A stretch of DNA of 37,647 nucleotides. Origin: Candidatus Levybacteria bacterium RIFCSPLOWO2_01_FULL_39_10 (GTDB taxonomy: Bacteria > Patescibacteriota > Microgenomatia > Levybacterales > UBA12049). The stretch spans positions 1 through 37,647 of the forward strand of contig MFOV01000008.1 of NCBI GenBank assembly GCA_001782515.1. Direction: 5' to 3'. The notes beneath the pieces were generated by a model that saw only the letters and a program-made list of their open reading frames with translations, was not told the DNA's origin and did not search any database. Position numbers and translations under genes: made by a program. Shown in pieces: positions 14,481 to 22,982 of this stretch (the first letter of the stretch is position 1; the number at the start of each line of letters is the position of its first letter).

Positions 14481-15405
14481 TCAATTCTTCTGCTATCATA
14501 TCTGCAACACTTATTATCTCAAGTTTTCCAAATTTTCGATTTTCTGGTATCTCAATTGTATCTGTAACAATCACTTTTTTAATATTTGAATTTTGTATTT
14601 CTTGGGGAGCATCTCCTGCAAAAACTCCATGGGTAGACATAGCATAAACCTCCTCTGCCCCATTCTCCGTTAAAAGATCTGCTGAGGCAATTAAAGTTTT
14701 GCCTGTTGAAATAACATCATCGACAATTACTGCTGTTTTTTTAACGCCTCCTGTAAACTTGAGCGACTTAATATCCCCTGTTACAAGGTCTCTGTCTTTT
14801 TCAACTGTAACATATGGCACTCCGCCAAGCTCTTCTGAAATTTTTTTAATTCGTGCAATGCCTCCCATGTCAGGACTTACTAAAACAAGCTCGTGATTTA
14901 TGATTGATGATTTATGATTGATGATTTCGTGAGGGGTGGCGAGCGAATTTATTTTTTTTGCAAATAAGGGAATGGCTGAAAGTTCCCTCACTTCTTTTTT
15001 GAAAAGCTCGGATATTTTGACCGAATGAAACTCAAATGAAATAAATCTATCAACTCCAAGACTTTCCAAAATCTTAATTATAACCTCAAGCGAAACGCCT
15101 TCACCTGATCTAAACACATGGTCCTGTCTTTGATACCCAAGATAAGGGATTACAAGTGTAACTCGCCGTGCTCCTGATCTTTTAAGAGAATCGAGGATGA
15201 AAAAAAGCTCCATGTAGTATAAGTTGGGAGATATTCCCGTAGACTGTACCACCACAACATCCTGATCTAATACATCACTTATTACCCTGACTCTGTTTTC
15301 GTTGTCGGGAAAAGTATGAATTTCAATTTGGCCCAAGTCGTAACCTTTGTGATCGGCGATTTTTTGAGCCAAACTTTTATTTGAGCTTCCTGAAAAAATT
15401 AACAT
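14461..15405 (-). CDS. prs: ribose-phosphate pyrophosphokinase
   Basis: PRPP-binding loop VIVDDVISTGKTL; overall Prs layout; 314 aa; start overlaps the ybaB stop (TAATG). Confidence 0.92.
   Translation of the reverse strand: MLIFSGSSNKSLAQKIADHKGYDLGQIEIHTFPDNENRVRVISDVLDQDVVVVQSTGISPNLYYMELFFILDSLKRSGARRVTLVIPYLGYQRQDHVFRSGEGVSLEVIIKILESLGVDRFISFEFHSVKISELFKKEVRELSAIPLFAKKINSLATPHEIINHKSSIINHELVLVSPDMGGIARIKKISEELGGVPYVTVEKDRDLVTGDIKSLKFTGGVKKTAVIVDDVISTGKTLIASADLLTENGAEEVYAMSTHGVFAGDAPQEIQNSNIKKVIVTDTIEIPENRKFGKLEIISVADMIAEELKGATSH
14894..14928. repeat. heptamer module inside prs
   Basis: tgattta tgattga tgattta tgattga tgatttc; encodes EIINHKSSIINH. Confidence 0.85.
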
Positions 15406-15686
15406 TAACTACCACCTAAAAGCCCTGATAGCCCTCCTTGCATTCCTGCAAGTTTTTTAGCAGCTATTTCCTGGGATTTTTTAATAGCTTCATTTACCGC
15501 ATCTTTAATGTCGCTATCTGACCTATCATTAGTCTTAAGTTCCTGAATTTTTTGATCTCCTGAGATTTTTATTTCAACTCCGTGTTTTTCAACGTCAATT
15601 ATCTCTGCTGCAAGAAGCCGCTGAATCTGCATAGCCTGATCGCGCATCTTTTTTAATTCTCCAATTTGTCCAAAAGGATTTCTCAT
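15405..15686 (-). CDS. ybaB: YbaB/EbfC family nucleoid-associated protein
   Basis: Size, conserved position after dnaX and helical N-terminus MRNPFGQIGELKKMRDQAMQIQ; track GTG 15695 lies inside the SD GGAGGTGA, so ATG 15686 is preferred. Confidence 0.8.
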   Translation of the reverse strand: MRNPFGQIGELKKMRDQAMQIQRLLAAEIIDVEKHGVEIKISGDQKIQELKTNDRSDSDIKDAVNEAIKKSQEIAAKKLAGMQGGLSGLLGGS

Positions 15687-15692
15687 AAAATT

Positions 15693-15763
15693 CACCTCCC
15701 CCTGTTGGATAACCTTCGATATCCAACGGGGTCACGTTGGATGCGCTAGCTATCCAACAGTGA
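15693..15763 (-). promoter_or_regulatory. two-hairpin leader RNA motif, copy B (dnaX-ybaB intercistronic)
   Basis: minus strand CACU-GUUGGAU-AGCUAGCGC-AUCCAAC-GUGACC-CCGUUGGAUA-UCGAAGGU-UAUCCAACAGG-GGGAGGUG; abuts the dnaX stop and ends in the ybaB SD. Confidence 0.65.
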
Positions 15764-17143
15764 CTAATTTTTTAATTTTATCTCAACTTTTATTTTTTCG
15801 CCTGTTATCTCACTCGCAAACCTTTCAATCAAAGCTTGCGCATTTTCACTACTTAATCTATCTTTATGAAACTTGTAACCTGTTGAAAGGGTAAGTTTGT
15901 TTTTATCGAATTTTTCAATCTTACATCCTCGCAATAACCCTGCAACTGTGACATTTTCTTTTTTAATTTTTTCTATCAGCTCTTCTAATATCTTATCATC
16001 TTTATTCTCACCAACGCTTGGGTTTTTCAAACTTAAACTCGGATTCTGGGAAATGTTCGTCTGATTATCCGAATCACTGATACTCCGATTCTCTGAGTTT
16101 TCTGAGTTTTCTGAGTTTTCCGAAAAGCACCACTCAACTATTGCAAGCTCAAGTGGAAGCTGCGGAATTACGGAATATTTTACTTCCATATGAGATTTTG
16201 ATAAAAGAAGAATAAGATCCCTTGTTTCATTTGTTTTTCCTAATCCTTGCCTTGCTTCATTTATAAGTCTTTGGTGGAGTTCTTCAATAAGATTCTGGGT
16301 AAACAGCTTAAAATCAATGCCAGCGTTTGATAGATCATTGACGGTTTCGATTGCCGCATTTACGTCTTTTTCCGAAAGCGCGCTGACAAGCTCCTCTGTT
16401 GCCAAGTTTAAAGTTTTTGTTTTGTATCTTTTCTCAACTGTAATTAAACTAATACTTGATGATGTTGATAGTTCTTCAAGAATTTTTGCGCCGTCTCTAA
16501 AACTTCCGTCTGACAATTTTGCAATCTGAATTAAAGCTTCCTTATCCGCTTTTATTTTTTCTCCTTTTACAATTTGCTGAAATGAGGAAACGAGCTCCTC
16601 ATTTGTTGCTTTTGAAAAAGACAAATGAAAACAGCGAGACTTAATCGTCTCAGGAACTTTCTGAGATTCTGTTGTGCATAAAATAAAATACGCATGGGAC
16701 GGCGGCTCTTCAAGTGTTTTTAAAAGTGCGTTGAATGCTTCAGTTGTCAGCATATGCACCTCGTCAATTATATAGATTTTTTTCTTTGACTGAACAGGTG
16801 AGAGTCTTATCTTCTCCCTCAAATCCCTTATCTCATCAATTCCGCGATTTGAAGCAGCATCAATCTCAATCACATCAAGATTTGTGCCATTTCCAATTGA
16901 TAAGCAAGGAAAGCATTTGTTACAAGGCTCAATATCCCTGCCGCGCCTATTAGTGCAATTTATTGCTTTTGCTATAAGACGCGCGGTTGATGTTTTTCCA
17001 AGACCCCGGCCGCCTGTAAACAAAAATGCGTGGGGAATTTTGTCAGGAATATTCCCTTTTAGCGCGTTTTCAAGCTTTTCCCGCGCCGAAACGCAGTCAA
17101 GCTCTGAAAATTTCTTCGGTCGGTATTTTAAATAAAAAACCAT
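15764..17143 (-). CDS. dnaX: DNA polymerase III subunit gamma/tau
   Basis: Walker A GGRGLGKTSTARL, zinc module CNKCFPC, Walker B IYIIDEVHML, sensor motifs; contains a SENSENSENSEN repeat insertion. Confidence 0.93.
   Translation of the reverse strand: MVFYLKYRPKKFSELDCVSAREKLENALKGNIPDKIPHAFLFTGGRGLGKTSTARLIAKAINCTNRRGRDIEPCNKCFPCLSIGNGTNLDVIEIDAASNRGIDEIRDLREKIRLSPVQSKKKIYIIDEVHMLTTEAFNALLKTLEEPPSHAYFILCTTESQKVPETIKSRCFHLSFSKATNEELVSSFQQIVKGEKIKADKEALIQIAKLSDGSFRDGAKILEELSTSSSISLITVEKRYKTKTLNLATEELVSALSEKDVNAAIETVNDLSNAGIDFKLFTQNLIEELHQRLINEARQGLGKTNETRDLILLLSKSHMEVKYSVIPQLPLELAIVEWCFSENSENSENSENRSISDSDNQTNISQNPSLSLKNPSVGENKDDKILEELIEKIKKENVTVAGLLRGCKIEKFDKNKLTLSTGYKFHKDRLSSENAQALIERFASEITGEKIKVEIKLKN
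16093..16119. repeat. 9-nt tandem repeat (3 units) inside dnaX
   Basis: ctgagtttt x3; encodes (SEN)n; total length resembles the heptamer modules. Confidence 0.85.
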
Positions 17144-17155
17144 GGTCGCATTGCT

Positions 17156-17190
17156 CCAATTTCTAATTACTAATTTCTAAATACTAAGAC
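17156..17190. repeat. heptamer module upstream of dnaX
   Basis: ccaattt ctaatta ctaattt ctaaata ctaagac; 12 nt upstream of the dnaX ATG. Confidence 0.8.
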
Positions 17191-17298
17191 GCGGGAAGCT
17201 ATAAAATTTTCGCAACGTACGTCAGCGACGAAGAGTTTATGGATAAACAAAATTTATTCGCGCAGGCAGTAAGAAAATTTTAAAGCGACCTTAAGCGT
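17188..17298. repeat. 110-nt repeat element with inverted termini, copy 1
   Basis: About 88 percent identical to 18335-18447 by eye; ends GACGC..AAAATTTTCG and GAAAATTTT..GCGTC are inverted complements. Confidence 0.8.
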
Positions 17299-17691
17299 CT
17301 ATTCTTCATGGTGCAGTCCGAGTAAATGGCCCATGCCATGAACAATCAGCTGATCAATCTTGTCATCCACCAGCATCTCGTCTCTTGCCGCCTCCTCAAT
17401 TACCTTAGGGTACGATATCACAATATCCCCAAGCCTCAGTTTGTCAGTCGGAGGACGGGAACTTGCGCCGTCTGAAAGCGAAAAAGTGAGAATGTTTCTT
17501 GTTTTATCCTCTCCCTTGTATTTTAGGGAAAGTTCCCTCATTTTCCTGTCTCCGACTACTGCAACTGATACCTCAACCGGTGATTTCACTCCCTCCTTTG
17601 ATAATGTTGAGCCGACTGCTGATCTTATTCTTTTTCTGTTAACTTTATAACGGGACTCCACAAAAATCAGAACATTAATACTGTTTTCCAT
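17299..17691 (-). CDS. ybeY: rRNA maturation RNase YbeY
   Basis: Metal-binding motif HGMGHLLGLHH (HxxxHxxGxxH); 130 aa; follows rpsU with a 3-nt gap. Confidence 0.9.
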   Translation of the reverse strand: MENSINVLIFVESRYKVNRKRIRSAVGSTLSKEGVKSPVEVSVAVVGDRKMRELSLKYKGEDKTRNILTFSLSDGASSRPPTDKLRLGDIVISYPKVIEEAARDEMLVDDKIDQLIVHGMGHLLGLHHEE

Positions 17692-17694
17692 ATA

Positions 17695-17877
17695 TTAAAA
17701 ACTTGCTCTTTTGACGCGTCTTGCCTCCTCTGCTTTTGCTTTTCTGGCAAGAGAGGGCTTAAGGTAAAATTCTCGCCTTTTTGCTTCCTGAATAATTCCC
17801 TCATTTATTACTTTTTTTGTAAATTTGCGAATAAGCGAATCATCACTGTCTCCGGGCATTTTTTTAACAACTACCAT
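17695..17877 (-). CDS. rpsU: 30S ribosomal protein S21
   Basis: 60-aa basic protein; SLIRKFTKKV...EAKRREFYLKPSLARKAK pattern typical of S21. Confidence 0.88.
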   Translation of the reverse strand: MVVVKKMPGDSDDSLIRKFTKKVINEGIIQEAKRREFYLKPSLARKAKAEEARRVKRASF

Positions 17878-17888
17878 AATTTAGAAAA

Positions 17889-17960
17889 CACCTCCCCCTG
17901 TTGGATAATCTTCGATATCCAACGGGGTCACGTTGGATGCATTAGCTATCCAACAGTGAC
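17889..17960 (-). promoter_or_regulatory. two-hairpin leader RNA motif, copy C (upstream of rpsU)
   Basis: 69 of 72 nt identical to copy B; all three differences fall in hairpin loops. Confidence 0.65.
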
Positions 17961-17973
17961 CAATTTTTTTACT

Positions 17974-18294
17974 TTATATTTCATGTTTACTCCATGGCCC
18001 CATTAAATGAATATGCAAGTGGCTTATGATTTGTGCTCCCCCGCCATTTATTCCAATCCTGTAACCTTTTTTCTCAAGACCAGTCTCTTTTATCATTTTT
18101 TTCAAAATTTTTGTCATTTTTGCAAGCGAGTCTTCATCAACATCTAAAAAATCCCGGATGTGTTTTTTTGAGACTATCAAAAGATGCGTTGGTCTTATGG
18201 GATTAATATCCGGAAAAACCATAACGTCTTTATCTTCATAGGTAAACTCTTTTGGAATTTCCCCATCTCTGATTTTACAAAAAATACAATCCAT
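17974..18294 (-). CDS. HIT family protein (histidine triad hydrolase)
   Basis: CIFCKI N-terminus and HIT motif HLHIHLMG; ATG 18294 preferred over track TTG 18303. Confidence 0.88.
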   Translation of the reverse strand: MDCIFCKIRDGEIPKEFTYEDKDVMVFPDINPIRPTHLLIVSKKHIRDFLDVDEDSLAKMTKILKKMIKETGLEKKGYRIGINGGGAQIISHLHIHLMGPWSKHEI

Positions 18295-18300
18295 ATTTGG

Positions 18301-18335
18301 CAATTAGCTACTAGCATCTAGCTTCTAGCATTTAG
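18301..18335. repeat. heptamer module upstream of the HIT gene
   Basis: caattag ctactag catctag cttctag catttag; TAG recurs every 7 nt at 18305, 18312, 18319, 18326, 18333. Confidence 0.85.
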
Positions 18336-18447
18336 TGCAGGGAGCTTGTGAAATTTTCGAAGCGTACGTCAGCGACGAAGAGTTTATGGACAGACTAAAC
18401 TTTATTCGCGCAGGCAGTAAGAAAATTTTATAAGCGACCTTGAGCAC
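18335..18447. repeat. 110-nt repeat element with inverted termini, copy 2
   Basis: Shares AAATTTTCG.AGCGTACGTCAGCGACGAAGAGTTTATGGA...TTTATTCGCGCAGGCAGTAAGAAAATTTTA.AAGCGACCTT with copy 1. Confidence 0.8.
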
Positions 18448-18450
18448 TTG

Positions 18451-19332
18451 CTACTTCTTAAGCACTGCTATTATATCATCAAGCTTCAGCTTTGTTGGCC
18501 TCATTGTTGGATTCTTAGTCGTTCCGTTGAGAAGCATTTTACGACTAACATGTAAAAACCACGTTGCCTCAGGATCCATTTTTTTAAGCTGCTCGTATGT
18601 TTGTGTAAGGTCTGTGTCTGATTTTGGATTTGCTTTAATCCTTACATACCCTTTTCTCGGATCGCGTCTTACAACAACTGAGGCCCCCATCATTTGTCCT
18701 AGTTTTATTACGTCGTCATTCACTGTTTCAACACCAAGACCCTCCCCCCATTTACTTTCAAATTTAATACCTATTTCCTTTATTTCCTTTTCAGCCCAAA
18801 TTCTATTTTCAAACTCATGAACAAGTGCATCAAGCGCCTGGAAAATAAAATCCGTGTAAAATTGGTCAGAGTCTGGTTTTTGAAGCTTCAGCCCGTCTAA
18901 AATATTAACTAGAGAAAAGTCATGATAATAAGCGAGGGGATCTGGTCTATACAACTCCTTGAAATGATCAATGTCAACTACCACTCCGACAATTCTTCTG
19001 ACAGCTTCAAGTTTTTCATCTTTTAATTCTTTTTTATTGTGGATTAATGCAAAATCCAGCGCTCTTGTTGCACCGCAAACATTCTCGTCCGGTGTTTGGT
19101 GGTGGTCTAAGGGTCCCATTCCGGTGTCAACGTGGATTACCTCATCTTCTCCGTACATCTCAATTGTGTTTTCAAAATCCGAATCAGGCACCGCCTTTTT
19201 ATCTTTATAACGGTTGCCCGCGGGAACGAATTTTATTTCAGCCTCATCCCAGCCTGGTAAAAACCGCTTTAATATCCAAGCGGATGAGATTGCGTCGATA
19301 TCCGGCAGTGAATGAGTTACAATAATTTTCAT
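18451..19332 (-). CDS. DHH-superfamily phosphoesterase-like protein
   Basis: N-terminal THSLPDIDAISSA (DxD) and GPLDHHQ (DHH motif); no clear DHHA1 GGGH motif seen; antisense ORFs judged spurious. Confidence 0.5.
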   Translation of the reverse strand: MKIIVTHSLPDIDAISSAWILKRFLPGWDEAEIKFVPAGNRYKDKKAVPDSDFENTIEMYGEDEVIHVDTGMGPLDHHQTPDENVCGATRALDFALIHNKKELKDEKLEAVRRIVGVVVDIDHFKELYRPDPLAYYHDFSLVNILDGLKLQKPDSDQFYTDFIFQALDALVHEFENRIWAEKEIKEIGIKFESKWGEGLGVETVNDDVIKLGQMMGASVVVRRDPRKGYVRIKANPKSDTDLTQTYEQLKKMDPEATWFLHVSRKMLLNGTTKNPTMRPTKLKLDDIIAVLKK

Positions 19333-19422
19333 AGATAGAATAGATAGACTAGTATACTTGTTTTTCCGAAAGATTTAAAGTTTTTCCCTTGACAAGGAAT
19401 TAAATTAATATAAACTAAGGGT

Positions 19423-19908
19423 ATGGATCCAAAACTGTCCGGGCTTGATCCCAAGCTTCAGGATGCGTATAACCGTGTTATGAGCGGTCCAACTGCTCAG
19501 ACAACAACAACTCCCCCAGGCGCTCAAACAGAGGCAGTAACTGCACCAGCAGGAACAACTCCTGCGCCAGCTGTTGGACCTTCGCCGATGTCAGTAAATC
19601 CTCAACCAAATACAACACTGGGCTACACAGGATTTGACACATCATCAAGCCCTGCTCAGTCGTACTCAAGTGCTGCATCCTACGCAACACCATCGGTTGC
19701 CCCTCCATCTTCGATGGGCTCATCAACTGTTTCATTTAATGCAGGAGGCTCTACATCATCCCAGCCCCAGGGAACGACAGCTGTAAAGAAAAAAGGGTCA
19801 GGACTTATGCCTGTTCTTGTCGGAATACTTATTATTTTTCTTCTGGCAGGATATACCTTTGTGTGGATTTATATTTTTGGAGTCGAGCTACCCTTCATTA
19901 ATTTTTGA
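19423..19908 (+). CDS. Pro/Thr/Ser-rich protein with C-terminal TM anchor
   Basis: Low-complexity P/T/S/A region followed by LMPVLVGILIIFLLAGYTFVWIYIF; overlaps the proS 3' end by 21 nt. Confidence 0.5.
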   Translation: MDPKLSGLDPKLQDAYNRVMSGPTAQTTTTPPGAQTEAVTAPAGTTPAPAVGPSPMSVNPQPNTTLGYTGFDTSSSPAQSYSSAASYATPSVAPPSSMGSSTVSFNAGGSTSSQPQGTTAVKKKGSGLMPVLVGILIIFLLAGYTFVWIYIFGVELPFINF

Positions 19909-21156
19909 AATAACTTGAGAAGCTTCCAATAGCTCTTCTTTTCCTTCTTCTCTTTTTTTTAGCTCGATTTTATCTCCTGACTTTTCCGAAACCACCAGCC
20001 TATATGGAAATCCCAAAAGATCTGCATTTGCAAATTTTTCTCCTGCAGATGTGTCTCTATCATCCCAAAGAACCTCAATGTTGTTTTCGTTCAGCGTTTC
20101 ATAAACTTTCTGTGCTTCTGTGTTTATAGACTTCCCATCCAAACTGATTAAGTAAACCTGAAAAGGTGCGACGCTTTTTGGCCAAATTATGCCGCGCTCA
20201 TCATGGAACACTTCAACAAGTGCGCCTATCACTCTTGTTGGACCGATTCCATAGCTTGCAAACCAAATAGGTTTTTGCTCTCCCCCCTCATCTGTATAAA
20301 AAACTTTCTGGGCTTCAGAATATTTTGTTCCTAGAGGAAAAATATTTCCGACCTCTATTGCTCTTGCTGACTTTATCAAACACCCATCGCTACACCCCGG
20401 ACATTTATTGTCAGGTAAACCTTTATATATTTCTTTATTTTGCGCAAACTTGCACTCGCATTTGTCTTTGCGGTCACAGAATAAAATCTCATCCTCACCC
20501 ACATCTGACACTATCTGAAACTCGTGACTTTTTTTGTCCGTAAACACTCCGCCTGCTGCTTCAACCACTTTAACTTCAGGAAATCCAATTCGCTTAAAAA
20601 CTCTTATATATGCATCTTTTATTTTATTGTAATAATCCGCCATATCCGCCTCTGTTGCGTGTGCAGAATACAAATCTTTCATAAAAAATTCACGGGTTCG
20701 CAAAATTCCGGACTTAGCTCTCGGTTCATTTCTGAATTTAGTTGAGAAGTGATAGACAGCAACAGGAAGATCTTTATAGGACTTAACAAATTTGGATAGA
20801 AGATTCATTACAATTTCCTCGTGAGTAAATGAAAGCCCATACTCTCTCCTGTGCACGTCTTTGAACTGGTACATTATTTTTTGGACCTCAGGGTCAGACC
20901 ATCGGCCTGTCTGATCCCAGATTTCTCGAGGATGCAAAAGAGGCATAAGAAGTTCTTGTGCGCCCTCTGCATTTAATTCTTCTCTTATTATATTTTTTAT
21001 ATTTTCAACTACCCGAAACCCAAGCGGAAGAAGTGTGTAGCTTCCTGCCATAAGCTGATCAATAAATCCACCTTTTGTAAGAAGTATTGCATTTGTTGAT
21101 AAATCCTCTTTAAATTCCTGCTTCCTTGCCTTGGGAAAAAATGTGCTGTACCTCAT
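19888..21156 (-). CDS. proS: proline--tRNA ligase (no full INS editing domain; short Cys-rich insert)
   Basis: Class II motif 2 FRNEPRAKSGILRTREFFMKDLYSAH and motif 3 GIGPTRVIGALVE; anticodon-binding C-terminus; 422 aa. Confidence 0.9.
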   Translation of the reverse strand: MRYSTFFPKARKQEFKEDLSTNAILLTKGGFIDQLMAGSYTLLPLGFRVVENIKNIIREELNAEGAQELLMPLLHPREIWDQTGRWSDPEVQKIMYQFKDVHRREYGLSFTHEEIVMNLLSKFVKSYKDLPVAVYHFSTKFRNEPRAKSGILRTREFFMKDLYSAHATEADMADYYNKIKDAYIRVFKRIGFPEVKVVEAAGGVFTDKKSHEFQIVSDVGEDEILFCDRKDKCECKFAQNKEIYKGLPDNKCPGCSDGCLIKSARAIEVGNIFPLGTKYSEAQKVFYTDEGGEQKPIWFASYGIGPTRVIGALVEVFHDERGIIWPKSVAPFQVYLISLDGKSINTEAQKVYETLNENNIEVLWDDRDTSAGEKFANADLLGFPYRLVVSEKSGDKIELKKREEGKEELLEASQVISKINEG

Positions 21157-21299
21157 TTATAAATATGAACTAAACGCTAATAGCTAGCCTGCCCGTAAAG
21201 CCTTGCTTGCATGGCGGGCGGGTGGCTAATTGCTAAATTCGAGTATAGCATAATTTGAAATTTAGGAGTATAATTCCATATTTGTTATGACTCCCAATT

Positions 21300-21329
21300 C
21301 ACACCCTCCGGGTGATCTAGGTTCACACC
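21300..21329. repeat. 30-nt repeat CACACCCTCCGGGTG..GGTTCACACC, copy 1 (spans the gnd stop)
   Basis: Matches 31819-31848 with 4 mismatches; core palindrome CACCC-TCC-GGGTG. Confidence 0.7.
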
Positions 21330-22246
21330 TTTTCTTTTTTTACCTCGTGGCCGCCGAATTCCCGACGAAGTGCAGAGACAAGTTTTGCGGTTGTTGAGTT
21401 TCTGATTTTTTCGTCTGTTTTGGACCGCTTTCGAAAATTTAGTGCTTGTTGGATGTTTTCAACCATTACTCCCTCTTCTTCTGCTGTCTTGACAGTCCAA
21501 TCGCCTTCGCCTGACGCATCAATCTCTCCTATCAAACTTTGATAATCGCCGCGATCCAGAGCATCGCGCATTCTGTCCAGCAAGAATCCAGAAACAATTG
21601 TTCCTTTTTGGAAAATACCTGCAATTTTAGGAAGATCAAACTTGTAATCTGATTTTTCCAATACCTCAAACCCCTCGGATAAACTCTGCATGAGCCCATA
21701 CTCAATACCGTTATGAACCATTTTTATAAAATGCCCTGCACCGCCCTGTCCAAAATATTCATGGCCCCCGTTAGGTTTTGACAGAGAATCTAAAACCGGA
21801 ATTATGTGTTCGTACGCGGATTTCGATCCTCCCACCATAAAAGGATATCCGTTTTTTGATGCAAGAATTCCGCCAGACGTTCCGATGCCTAAATATCGAA
21901 CGCCTATTTTTTCGAATTTCTCATATCGTCTTTCGGTATCGCGATAATTTGAATTTCCTCCGTCAATTATGATGTCGTCTTTTTCTACATACTTTCGAAT
22001 TTCTGTTAAAACTTCATCAACCGCAGTATGCGTCACCATAATCCAAATGATTCTGGGCTTATCCAAACCTTGAACCAGTTGTTTAAGCGATTCACAAACT
22101 TTTAACTTTTCACTTTTAACTTTTAACTTAAGCTCCTCCGAAGAAGCTCTTGACCTATTCCAAACATGAACTTCAAACCTGTCTTTTAAAAGTTTTGGAA
22201 CCATCCCCGATCCTATTTTCCCAAGCCCCACAAATCCTATTTGCAT
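21323..22246 (-). CDS. gnd: 6-phosphogluconate dehydrogenase (decarboxylating), short form
   Basis: NAD(P)-binding GFVGLGKIGSGM, GTSGG and HFIKMVHNGIEYG motifs; 307 aa; contains an in-frame heptamer module. Confidence 0.88.
   Translation of the reverse strand: MQIGFVGLGKIGSGMVPKLLKDRFEVHVWNRSRASSEELKLKVKSEKLKVCESLKQLVQGLDKPRIIWIMVTHTAVDEVLTEIRKYVEKDDIIIDGGNSNYRDTERRYEKFEKIGVRYLGIGTSGGILASKNGYPFMVGGSKSAYEHIIPVLDSLSKPNGGHEYFGQGGAGHFIKMVHNGIEYGLMQSLSEGFEVLEKSDYKFDLPKIAGIFQKGTIVSGFLLDRMRDALDRGDYQSLIGEIDASGEGDWTVKTAEEEGVMVENIQQALNFRKRSKTDEKIRNSTTAKLVSALRREFGGHEVKKEKV
22098..22132. repeat. heptamer module, ACTTTTA family, inside gnd
   Basis: actttta acttttc actttta actttta acttaag; encodes LKLKVKSEKLKV. 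Confidence 0.85.
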
Positions 22247-22269
22247 AATAACTTAGTCTACCAACTTTA

Positions 22270-22298
22270 TTGTTGTTTTAAAAGTGAAATGTTAAACT
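22270..22298 (+). promoter_or_regulatory. candidate leaderless promoter for 22305..22982
   Basis: TTGTTG (22270-22275), 17 nt, TAAACT (22293-22298), 6 nt to ATG. Confidence 0.3.
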
Positions 22299-22304
22299 AA
22301 GGCT

Positions 22305-22982
22305 ATGAAATTTAATCTAGATGATGCTGTTGAAAAAATAAAAAATAATAAAGACTTTCTAAAACTTAAGAAAATTATCGAAAATAACGCAGGCCATGAT
22401 CATGAACCAGTGTATGATCACAGTATAAAAACGTTTGAGATAGCAAATCGGTTAGTAAAAGGTGACTTTATTTTAAATGCTGAAGCGAAAAATATGTTTG
22501 AAAGTTATATAAGACAAGAGGTTGGGGGGATAAAGAAATTAGATTTATTTAAATTCACCGCGCTAATCCACGATATTGGGAAAGTTATCGTTTTCGATGA
22601 TGGTGGAAAGAAAAGAAGTTTGAATATAACTTCTTCTGATGGAATAACATCATCCCCACAACACGGATATTGGGGTTCAAGAATAGTTAAGAACATAACA
22701 AAAGAAGTAGGTTTACCATACGAGGTTATTTCCTATATTGAAAACGTAATTAGACTTCATCTTGCAACAATCGAACATTGGGAAACGGAACATAATATGA
22801 GTGTGGACGAAATTATTTGGGACTCTAAAATAAAATTAGAAAATCTGCACGTTGATGTGCTTTTCAATTTATATTCTGATCTTTATTCTCAGTCTCGTTT
22901 CAAGCCAAAAGAAAAGATTATGATTGAAATCTTTAATAATCCAAATTTTTATAATCCCTTGAAATATTCAATTACTGATTAG
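22305..22982 (+). CDS. HD domain-containing protein
   Basis: H...HD signature: DHSIKTFEIANRL and ALIHDIGK; 225 aa. Confidence 0.7.
   Translation: MKFNLDDAVEKIKNNKDFLKLKKIIENNAGHDHEPVYDHSIKTFEIANRLVKGDFILNAEAKNMFESYIRQEVGGIKKLDLFKFTALIHDIGKVIVFDDGGKKRSLNITSSDGITSSPQHGYWGSRIVKNITKEVGLPYEVISYIENVIRLHLATIEHWETEHNMSVDEIIWDSKIKLENLHVDVLFNLYSDLYSQSRFKPKEKIMIEIFNNPNFYNPLKYSITD

Noticed and set aside
16774-16787. Run of seven A on the dnaX coding strand (AAG AAA AAA ATC) as a possible programmed frameshift site like E. coli dnaX.
   Set aside because: It lies in the Walker B region, far too early to produce a gamma subunit. It is not in the X XXY YYZ register and has no downstream stem-loop.
19331-19360. 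TAGA-rich stretch upstream of the DHH-like gene as another heptamer module.
   Set aside because: The TAGA spacing alternates 4 and 5 nt (period 9), not 7, and only about three units are present. This is too weak to include in the family.
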